IMG/VR virus record: IMGVR_UViG_3300032770_000011
Coordinates: 39,400-103,399 of that record
Length of the DNA: 64,000 bases
Origin: a virus
Direction: 5' to 3' (one strand)
The position numbers were made by a program, and so were the translations under genes. Positions 28,813 through 35,490 of the stretch are shown piece by piece. Position 1 is the first letter of the stretch. Every line of letters begins with the position of its first letter. The notes beneath the pieces are model-generated. The model worked only from the letters and a program-made list of their open reading frames with translations. It was not told the DNA's origin and did not search any database.

Positions 28813-28948
28813 GGACGAACGCAATAATGGATATCGGGGTTGAGGTTGGATTCGAACCAACGACCTTCTGGGGTATCCCAAACGCTCTACCACTGAGCTA
28901 CTCTCGCTGGGTTGTGGTGCGAGATAACCGAAATCCTGGGGCTCGTCC
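28813..28948 (-). ncRNA. Y RNA 4, tRNA arms in normal order (D, anticodon-like hairpin, T)
   Basis: GGACGAGCCCCAGGATTTCGGTTATC...CCGATATCC..TGCGTTCGTCC enclosing TAGCTCAGTGGTAGAGC then GTTGGTTCGAATCCAAC. Confidence 0.8.
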
Positions 28949-28952
28949 AAAT

Positions 28953-29028
28953 TGGTCAGGGTGCGGTGTTCTGCCCACCGTCCTCCGCGTTCCAAGCGCG
29001 GGGCTCTTCTAGCACGAGCTTCACCCTG
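28953..29028 (-). tRNA. tRNA-Pro(UGG)
   Basis: Loop CTTGGAA; T-loop GGCAGAA. Confidence 0.8.
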
Positions 29029-29035
29029 TTAATTT

Positions 29036-29112
29036 TGGCGATCCACCGAGGACTCGAACCCCGACCTGACTGATTCGTAGTCAGCCGCTCTATCCAGTTA
29101 AGCTAGTGGACC
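29036..29112 (-). tRNA. tRNA-Arg(ACG)
   Basis: Loop CTACGAA. Confidence 0.9.
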
Positions 29113-29117
29113 GGAAT

Positions 29118-29192
29118 TGGCACCGCCAGCGGGTTCCGACCCCGCTTCTTCTGATTGAGAATCAGAGATCCTAGCCAGTATACGATGGCGGC
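29118..29192 (-). tRNA. tRNA-Glu(CUC)
   Basis: Loop TTCTCAA. Confidence 0.8.
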
Positions 29193-29198
29193 AAGAAT

Positions 29199-29275
29199 TG
29201 GCTCCGGAGGTGGGTTTCGATCCCACATCGACATGCGTTAACAGCGCACCGTCCTTACCATTTGACTACTCCGGA
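29199..29275 (-). tRNA. tRNA-Asn(GUU)
   Basis: Loop CTGTTAA. Confidence 0.85.
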
Positions 29276-29838
29276 ATAAACTTTTGTCGAGACGCACGCT
29301 TGGCAGCTTCTACTCTAAGTGCTGCTAATCTTATTTTTTCTTTGTGTGCATTAGATAGATTTTTACCCTTGTTCCAAGATGGCTTTCCATATTGAGGATT
29401 ATTGCCTCCTAAACTAGCAGCCCGACGCGCAGCTAAAACTTTGCAACGATGTTCTTCATCAGTAAACCGTCTAAGATTGGCTGCCTTACCCCCCTTGCTA
29501 CGTGCACGCCTCATCTTAGCTTTAGGTAAAGAATTCAAGTCTAAGTTAAGTTTGTTTGTATTTATGTAACCAAAGCCGCCCTTGCCACCAGGGCAGAGAT
29601 TGTAACTCAGATCAGAATCACAAACCACTAACACCTTTTCGGCTAAGGTCATCTTCCATTCAACTTCGTAATGCCCTATAATCTCTGTTACAAAGTTTTC
29701 CAGGCCGTATTTAGTAATAGCCCTCAACAACAATTTGCCGGATCCCAAGTAACCATCGTTGATATTTTTAGTTTGGTGTTTTCCAACGTAGACCTTTCCG
29801 GTAACTAAACAGGTTGTTTTGTAAACAAGATAGTGCAT
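29266..29838 (-). CDS. Seg-like GIY-YIG homing endonuclease with NUMOD3-like tail
   Basis: LVYKTT..KVYVGKH..YLGSG; PSWNKGK.LS..HKEKI. Confidence 0.85.
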   Translation of the reverse strand: MHYLVYKTTCLVTGKVYVGKHQTKNINDGYLGSGKLLLRAITKYGLENFVTEIIGHYEVEWKMTLAEKVLVVCDSDLSYNLCPGGKGGFGYINTNKLNLDLNSLPKAKMRRARSKGGKAANLRRFTDEEHRCKVLAARRAASLGGNNPQYGKPSWNKGKNLSNAHKEKIRLAALRVEAAKRASRQKFIPE

Positions 29839-29904
29839 CTACTCACCTTTACAAAGAGGATGGGCCCACTATAGGTCCTGTTTTATCTTTCGTAAAGGTC
29901 TATG

Positions 29905-29973
29905 TGGAGACACCGGGTACCGCCCCCGGCGCGACGATCTTGCAAGGATCATCTGCACCCTTGTGCTGTCCCC
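29905..29973 (-). tRNA. tRNA-Ala(UGC), short D arm, no encoded CCA
   Basis: Loop CTTGCAA; G3:U70; A73. Confidence 0.75.
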
Positions 29974-29974
29974 A

Positions 29975-30050
29975 TGGTGCCTAGTTGTGGTTTCGATCCA
30001 CACTCTCTGCGTCTTCAGCGCAGCGCTTTCACCAGATTAGCTTACTAGGC
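29975..30050 (-). tRNA. tRNA-Phe(GAA)
   Basis: Loop CTGAAGA. Confidence 0.85.
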
Positions 30051-30054
30051 AAAA

Positions 30055-30128
30055 TGGTGCGGACACGGGGAGTCGAACCCCGGCCTCTACGTTGGCAACG
30101 TAGTAGACTTCCGTAATCCTTTGTCCGC
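30055..30128 (-). tRNA. tRNA-Gly(GCC)
   Basis: Loop TTGCCAA. Confidence 0.85.
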
Positions 30129-30133
30129 GTAGT

Positions 30134-30219
30134 TGGTGGGTCGGGGGTGAGTTGAACACCGTGCCACATAGGGAGCGGTTTTACAGACCGCCGACAGGAC
30201 CGCCCGTCCTTATTGACCC
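30134..30219 (-). tRNA. tRNA-Tyr(GUA), atypical acceptor/D region
   Basis: Loop CTGTAAA; CCA end; 5' end uncertain (30219-30224). Confidence 0.65.
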
Positions 30220-30228
30220 TTCCCATAT

Positions 30229-30304
30229 TGGTTGCGGGTGCGGGCCGATGCTCCCGCGTCTGATGGTTATGAGCCATCCGAGGCAACTTCTCCTCCAACC
30301 CGCT
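30229..30304 (-). tRNA. tRNA-Met(CAU), initiator-like 1:72 mismatch
   Basis: Loop CTCATAA; A1:A72. Confidence 0.7.
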
Positions 30305-30308
30305 ATCT

Positions 30309-30398
30309 TGGCGGAAGCGTGAGGGTTCGAACCCCGTACCTTTCGGTATCCGTGCAGGTTTTCAAGACCTGTTGCCGGCCACTCCAGCGGACGCTTCC
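30309..30398 (-). tRNA. tRNA-Ser(UGA)
   Basis: Loop CTTGAAA; long variable arm. Confidence 0.85.
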
Positions 30399-30404
30399 GA
30401 ATAA

Positions 30405-30481
30405 TGGTCGTCTGCTGGAGACTCGAACTCCAATCTCCCAGCTTCGGAGGCTGGCGCTCTGTCCGATTGAGCTAACAGACG
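30405..30481 (-). tRNA. tRNA-Arg(CCG)
   Basis: Loop CTCCGAA. Confidence 0.9.
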
Positions 30482-30485
30482 AAAA

Positions 30486-30863
30486 CTATTTCTTACCTTT
30501 CCGACGAACCTTACCCCGTGCGTCGAAAGCACCGTTTGGCCAAAAGCAATCCATCGTAACTCGGCCAATGAGACCGTCGTCAGTGAAGACCGCTGGTCCT
30601 CTCAAGGTAGAGCCGTCAACAGCTTGCTCGAAAGCAAGGTAAGACCCCCCTCTATCTGGTGACGAAGGATTGACGAAGAACAGGTCGATATCTGTTGGCT
30701 CATCAAGAGGTACCGGAACACCTGCTGCTTTGCAGGCATTGAACAGCTGCTCACGATACTGCTGGATTACAGCAAGATGCATTCTACGGTGCGGTGCGTC
30801 GTGAATCCACAACCGTAGGAGTGCCGGAAAGCTATCCGGAAGATATTTGACGATGATCTTCAT
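30486..30863 (-). CDS. Degenerate RusA-like protein within the tRNA array
   Basis: IDLFF..PD.......EQAVDG....V..DD.LI spacing; GAGGA RBS. Confidence 0.5.
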   Translation of the reverse strand: MKIIVKYLPDSFPALLRLWIHDAPHRRMHLAVIQQYREQLFNACKAAGVPVPLDEPTDIDLFFVNPSSPDRGGSYLAFEQAVDGSTLRGPAVFTDDGLIGRVTMDCFWPNGAFDARGKVRRKGKK

Positions 30864-30880
30864 TTACTCATCCTCTTAAT

Positions 30881-30975
30881 TGGTAGGCGTCGAGGGTGCT
30901 GCCCCCTCCCGTGTACTCTTATCTAGAGCGCATACCCGCTTATAAGGCGGACCCGCACGGCTGGTGCTGACGCCT
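30881..30975 (-). tRNA. tRNA with UAU anticodon and long variable arm
   Basis: AGGCGTC/GACGCCT-ACCA; loop CTTATAA; 95 nt. Confidence 0.75.
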
Positions 30976-30980
30976 GAATT

Positions 30981-31059
30981 TGGTCGGGGTGGCGTGATTT
31001 GAACACGCGGCCTCTCGGTTCCGAACCGAGAGCTCTGGACCAGGCTGAGCTACACCCCG
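30981..31059 (-). tRNA. tRNA-Pro(CGG)
   Basis: Loop TTCGGAA. Confidence 0.9.
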
Positions 31060-31065
31060 TTAAAA

Positions 31066-31140
31066 TGGCGACCCGTAGGGGTTTCGATCCCCTCTCACAC
31101 GCTCGACAGGCGTGCCGCCTCACCAGATGCGTAACGGGCC
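31066..31140 (-). tRNA. tRNA-Asp(GUC)
   Basis: Loop CTGTCGA. Confidence 0.85.
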
Positions 31141-31142
31141 TT

Positions 31143-31219
31143 TGGTGCGCGCAGGAGAATTTGAATCTCCAAACACGACGTTCTCAACGTCGCGGCTTTA
31201 CCGATTTGCCTATGCGCGC
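31143..31219 (-). tRNA. tRNA-Leu(GAG), short variable loop
   Basis: Loop TTGAGAA. Confidence 0.8.
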
Positions 31220-31224
31220 GAATT

Positions 31225-31298
31225 TGGTGGACCACCACGGTACTGACCCGTGTTCAACGGTTTAAGAGACCGTTGCATCACCTTAATGCTTGTGGTCC
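31225..31298 (-). tRNA. tRNA-Lys(CUU)
   Basis: Loop CTCTTAA. Confidence 0.8.
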
Positions 31299-31299
31299 G

Positions 31300-31378
31300 T
31301 GAACCCTGGAGGTTACGATCCTCTTGCGACTGGATTAAAAGTCCAGCGCCTATCCATTCGGCTTTACGCTCAGGGTCC
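31300..31378 (-). tRNA. tRNA-Lys(UUU), extra bases before D arm, no encoded CCA
   Basis: Loop CTTTTAA; GGACCCTG/CAGGGTTC. Confidence 0.7.
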
Positions 31379-31428
31379 GTGAACCCTTGCGTTTGCTTCC
31401 TTCGCTCATTTGTTGCATCCTTTCGAAT

Positions 31429-31502
31429 TGGTCCACCCTCACGGTAACGATCCGTGGTCGAGCGGTTATCAGCCGCTTGCTCTACCTTTGAGCTAAGGGT
31501 GG
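31429..31502 (-). tRNA. tRNA-Ile(GAU)
   Basis: Loop CTGATAA. Confidence 0.85.
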
Positions 31503-31508
31503 TTGAGT

Positions 31509-31583
31509 TGGTGCGCCTTGGCTGAATTGAACAGCCGACCTTCTGCATGTCACGCAGACATTCTTCCACTGAACTAAAGGCGC
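31509..31583 (-). tRNA. tRNA-Val(GAC)
   Basis: Loop GTGACAT. Confidence 0.85.
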
Positions 31584-31589
31584 AAGAAT

Positions 31590-31663
31590 TGGTAGGGGAT
31601 GACGGTACTGCCCCGCCTTTGCTGGCGTGTAAAACCAGTGCACTACTTTTGTGCTAATCCCCC
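31590..31663 (-). tRNA. tRNA-Val(UAC)
   Basis: Loop TTTACAC. Confidence 0.8.
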
Positions 31664-31664
31664 G

Positions 31665-31741
31665 TGGTACCCTAGGCAGGGTACGATCCTGCACTGAAAC
31701 GGGTTTAAGCCGTCTGCCTCTTCCAATTGGGCTACTAGGGC
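31665..31741 (-). tRNA. tRNA-Leu(UAA), short variable loop
   Basis: Loop CTTAAAC. Confidence 0.8.
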
Positions 31742-31746
31742 AAAAG

Positions 31747-31822
31747 TGGTAGGCGCGGCGTGATTTGAACACGCACTGTAGAGGGTTTGAGCCTCCTGTC
31801 TCTGCCGTTGGACTACGCGCCC
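31747..31822 (-). tRNA. tRNA-Leu(CAA), short variable loop
   Basis: Loop CTCAAAC. Confidence 0.85.
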
Positions 31823-31827
31823 GTATT

Positions 31828-31903
31828 TGGTAGCCGACCGGGGATTTGAACCCCGACTGATTGGTTCCTAAGACCAATGCCTCTACCGTTGGGCTAGTCG
31901 GCC
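31828..31903 (-). tRNA. tRNA-Leu(UAG), short variable loop
   Basis: Loop CTTAGGA. Confidence 0.85.
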
Positions 31904-31909
31904 ATGAAC

Positions 31910-31983
31910 TGGTGCTCCTACCTGGTTACGATCCAAGGTCTGCCCCTTACCAAAGGGCTGTTCTGCCATTGAACTATAGGAGC
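31910..31983 (-). tRNA. tRNA-Thr(GGU)
   Basis: Loop TTGGTAA. Confidence 0.85.
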
Positions 31984-31984
31984 G

Positions 31985-32055
31985 TGCCCCCACGAGGAAT
32001 TGAACCCCGTTCAACGCCTTACAAGAGCGCTGCATTGCCGTAATGCTTTGAGGGC
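31985..32055 (-). tRNA. tRNA-Thr(UGU), no encoded CCA
   Basis: Loop CTTGTAA. Confidence 0.8.
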
Positions 32056-32061
32056 GGGTAT

Positions 32062-32135
32062 TGGTGCCCTAACCGTGAATTGAACACGGCTCTCCGCGTT
32101 ACGAGGGCGGTGCATCACCGCAATGCTTCTAGGGC
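32062..32135 (-). tRNA. tRNA-Thr(CGU)
   Basis: Loop CTCGTAA. Confidence 0.8.
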
Positions 32136-32347
32136 CTAAATTGACAAATAGACGGGCGCTCCGCTCTGCATCCTTTCGGAGGCGGTTGACCGAAACACCC
32201 GTCCAATCTGGACGTTTACGATGCCAAACAACCCGACGCGCGTACATCCGGCGTCGTCAGGCAGATTGGAAAGGCCCAGAATCTAGTTTGTAGGAGGTTT
32301 GGCTTTTCTTCTCTGCCTTGGGTCGGCAGAGAATTGGCCCTGCCGAT

Positions 32348-32467
32348 TTAACTGGTAATTCGTAACCCTTGTTCGGGGCTATTGCTTGTACCCCGCACGC
32401 ACAGCTGTTTCCACGGTCGCATATACGACCATGGCGCGGCGGCGGATATGGTAAAGCGATGTCTCAT
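32348..32467 (-). CDS. Putative leaderless 39-aa leader peptide of the tRNA operon
   Basis: ATG 6 nt after TTGTTC-N17-TATGTA; MRHRFTISAAAPWSYMRPWKQLCVRGTSNSPEQGLRITS. Confidence 0.35.
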   Translation of the reverse strand: MRHRFTISAAAPWSYMRPWKQLCVRGTSNSPEQGLRITS

Positions 32468-32550
32468 GCCAGTTACATACTAGAAGTTGAGCGTGTGAAC
32501 AAGCTCTTTTAATTGAGCAGAACTAAGCTGAGGTATTTCAGGACCTTACC

Positions 32551-33585
32551 TCAACCGTATTTCTTTCTATTGGAAGCAAAGCGTCCTTCCACTTCTGCCC
32601 AAGCCGCCTGAACAGCCTGCGTCACTAACGCCCGTTCTTTCTGATACTCAGCGCCCACCAGCTTCGAAGCCTTCGTCAAATAGGCATCCACGCCGCTGTC
32701 CTTCAAGCCAAGCCGATGCAGCTGTTTGATTTCCGCCAGCCAATCCACTGATGCCGTTATATCCTCCACGCCATATCCGAAAGTGATATCGAAGACACAC
32801 TCTCTGAATGGCTTGGAAATCTTGTTCTTCTTGCACTTGGCCTTGATGCTGACACCTGTCGCCCGTGATACCCCACCGCGTGTCTGCTTCAAGGTCTCAA
32901 GGTGGCTGAGCCAGAGTATCTGGGAGGCATAGAAGTCCATGGCGTGACCGCCTGTACGGGTGTACTTCTCGCCAAAACTGACGCCAATGCGGTCACGTAC
33001 CTGAGATACAATCAATAGGCAAAACTTGTTGGCCTTCAATTCCCTTCCCAATTGCCGGAAGAGCGTGCCCATCAATTTTGCTTTTGCGGTACCATAGCTA
33101 CCCTTGTCAATCGGGCGCGTCAATTCGTCGCGAGTGGACAAGGCATCCAGCGAATCGATAATATAGAGACCAGCACTATCTTTCTTTGCGCAAGCTTCAA
33201 GCTGCGCCTTCAGGTCCTCGAAGATATCCTCAACGGTGTCCCACTTCGTCTCTATGCCCTTTGGGCCAAAGTCTACGCGGTCAACCGGCAAGCCTAACTC
33301 GGCAGCATAGTCAACCTCGAAAGTGGCTTCCGCTTCCCGATACAGAATCTTGCCTTTGGGGAACTTCTGAGCAAAGTTGGCGCAAGCCTCAATAGCCAGT
33401 AACGTCTTGCCAGAGGACCTGTCACCCACCACGTTCGCCATTCTGCCGAGTGCCCAGCCGCCCCCGAGTACACAGTCCAACAGAGCACAGCCGCTTGGCA
33501 CAAAGTCAACGCCTCGGCGGGGACCGGGAGAGTAGATATTCTCCCCCGCCCCACCATTCTTGGCCTTTAACCGGACCCTTTCCAT
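32551..33585 (-). CDS. recA: RecA/UvsX-like recombinase
   Basis: LDCVLGGGWALGR; GDRSSGKT; IIDSLDAL; SQVR; TGGHAMDFYAS. Confidence 0.92.
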   Translation of the reverse strand: MERVRLKAKNGGAGENIYSPGPRRGVDFVPSGCALLDCVLGGGWALGRMANVVGDRSSGKTLLAIEACANFAQKFPKGKILYREAEATFEVDYAAELGLPVDRVDFGPKGIETKWDTVEDIFEDLKAQLEACAKKDSAGLYIIDSLDALSTRDELTRPIDKGSYGTAKAKLMGTLFRQLGRELKANKFCLLIVSQVRDRIGVSFGEKYTRTGGHAMDFYASQILWLSHLETLKQTRGGVSRATGVSIKAKCKKNKISKPFRECVFDITFGYGVEDITASVDWLAEIKQLHRLGLKDSGVDAYLTKASKLVGAEYQKERALVTQAVQAAWAEVEGRFASNRKKYG

Positions 33586-33592
33586 AGCGTCC

Positions 33593-34642
33593 TTAGGAAG
33601 CCCTACGACGGTCTCTCAGGCGGCTTAGGCTAGCTCGGGCCTGGGTCGTCGGGGATTCCTCTTCCTCGCCCTTCTGAGCCCGAGAGCGACCCCTTCCTTC
33701 GGGCTCCGGTTCCTCAGGCTCCTCAGTACGGGTTGCCCGCCTACGGCTGCCTTCAAACGGCGGGTCTTCCTCCTCAACGGCAGCGCGTCGCCGCTCCAGC
33801 CGAGAACTACGGGGTTCCGGCTCCGGCTCTTCCGCTTCTTCGCGGCGCGACCGGCGAGGGGGTGCTTCCTCCTCGGTTTCCTCAGTAGCCAACCGCCGAC
33901 GGCCCCGGACGGTACCAGTCTCCTCCTCAGGTTCCTCTTCCTTATGGCGGGCTGACTTCTTGCCGAAGAGCACCTTCTCGATGTGCTCAGCTTCGTAGAA
34001 ATGCAGAACGGACGGCAGTGGGTTTTCCGTAATGTAGTCCAGCCACTTGTCCTGCAGCTTCTGGTCCTCGTGAATCGGCGAAGGGTCGCGCACGATCTCG
34101 ACGGCCTTGTAGTCCGTATTGATAGTCGTACCTACGCGATTGAAGACGATATCGAAGCCTTCCTCCGGGTCGTCCACCAGAATAGGCGCACGGGTTTTCT
34201 TGTCGGTGGATCGCGCATAGATCTCATTACGCACTTTGGCAAAGGGCATCTGCCAGATCTGTGGCCCGGTACGCTCGTCGTCTCGGTCAATAATCCAGCA
34301 GATTGCCCCCTTGGAAACGCGGAGAGCGTCGGCTTCCTCCTTGTCGGCAGCGCCACGCTGCGCTTCGCAGACTGGGCAAGGCTCACCCTTCATCTTGTCC
34401 AGACACAAGTAGGTGACTTCATCTGGACCGACATTGCGATGGAAGTAGATGATGTAGTCCCAGTCCGGCTCGTCCCAGGTGGAGGGCAGAATGCGGATAC
34501 AATTCTCGCCTTCCTTCGCCTTGAAGATCGGAATGCCCGACTTGAAAATGCTATCGTAGTCCCGGGTACCTTCCGAAGCCTTCCGCGAGATATCCTCCGA
34601 AGTTCTTTCCGAACCCCGGTAAACGAACTTACTCTTGGCCAT
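33593..34642 (-). CDS. gp32-like ssDNA-binding protein with long Glu/Arg tail
   Basis: EGENCIRILP; CPVCE; DPEEGFDI. Confidence 0.7.
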   Translation of the reverse strand: MAKSKFVYRGSERTSEDISRKASEGTRDYDSIFKSGIPIFKAKEGENCIRILPSTWDEPDWDYIIYFHRNVGPDEVTYLCLDKMKGEPCPVCEAQRGAADKEEADALRVSKGAICWIIDRDDERTGPQIWQMPFAKVRNEIYARSTDKKTRAPILVDDPEEGFDIVFNRVGTTINTDYKAVEIVRDPSPIHEDQKLQDKWLDYITENPLPSVLHFYEAEHIEKVLFGKKSARHKEEEPEEETGTVRGRRRLATEETEEEAPPRRSRREEAEEPEPEPRSSRLERRRAAVEEEDPPFEGSRRRATRTEEPEEPEPEGRGRSRAQKGEEEESPTTQARASLSRLRDRRRAS

Positions 34643-34818
34643 TCTGTCCTCCGTCTAAATGCTTCAAGACCGAACGAAGATACTCCAGCTTCGTCCGGAA
34701 ATAGGCAAAACTGGCGCTGCGCACAATAGCGTAAGCAAGTACGATAAGTCCGAGTCCGAAGGCTACGTACATAACGCCGTTCTGAATTGCTGAACTAGCC
34801 ACAACTGAAAACATACCT

Positions 34819-35304
34819 TCAGGCTTTCAACCTACGCCGGGTACGCGCCATTTCTTCGCGATTGGACTCCGCCAGCTTCGCCTTCGCCTGACCCATACCG
34901 GATTCCAGATCCAAGTCACGCCGCTGCGCAATGAACAAGGCGACGAGTTCCCGAAGCATGAAGGAGCGCTGCTGAAAGGCTTCCTTCAGAACGCCCCAGC
35001 TTTCGGCCTCCGTACGGGCATCCATGAATTTCTGTTGAAGGTCCTGCACCTTCGGCATAGTCTTCAATTTCTGTTGAATACTACCTTCAGTGATCTTCTC
35101 GTTCTTGCGAAGGGCTTCGGCACGGAAGTCCTGGTCCAGCTTCGCCTGCAGTTCCTCCAGTTCCAGCTTGACACTGTCACGGCCCGCCACGGCTTCGGCA
35201 TAACCTACGGCTACGGAGTAATACAACTCTGGCTGCCGCATGAGGCAGTCATCCAAAGCATTCTGGTCGATGGCGAGTTCTTTGCGCAATTCATCGAGTT
35301 TCAT
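34819..35304 (-). CDS. UvsY-like recombination mediator
   Basis: Helical; KITE; EAFQQRSFMLREL; next to SSB and RecA. Confidence 0.55.
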   Translation of the reverse strand: MKLDELRKELAIDQNALDDCLMRQPELYYSVAVGYAEAVAGRDSVKLELEELQAKLDQDFRAEALRKNEKITEGSIQQKLKTMPKVQDLQQKFMDARTEAESWGVLKEAFQQRSFMLRELVALFIAQRRDLDLESGMGQAKAKLAESNREEMARTRRRLKA

Positions 35305-35490
35305 TAAGATGGCTCCTTGGAATTGGAAGAGGATTTCCAGCCCAATCCTCACAAATAATAGTTCTTCCCCTCAGGTCTTTCCCCACAATGACATCTCCTT
35401 CATCAGGAGTAAACTTATGCCAAGGCGCAGGCCCATTAGTATAGGCGTCCTGCTCAACAGCAACCTTTGGGCCAGACATCCAGACCAGCA

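Noticed and set aside
28836-28906. A 38th tRNA
   Set aside because: No full acceptor stem, CCA or 7-nt anticodon loop; enclosed by the Y RNA stem.
27500-32250. ORF-track ORFs across the RNA array (e.g. 27500..27874, 28138..28434, 31210..31569)
   Set aside because: They overlap tRNA and Y RNA genes; only 29266..29838 and 30486..30863 look protein-like.
32202-32270. Hammerhead ribozyme (CTGACGA...GTC on the minus strand)
   Set aside because: No GAAA core or stem III.
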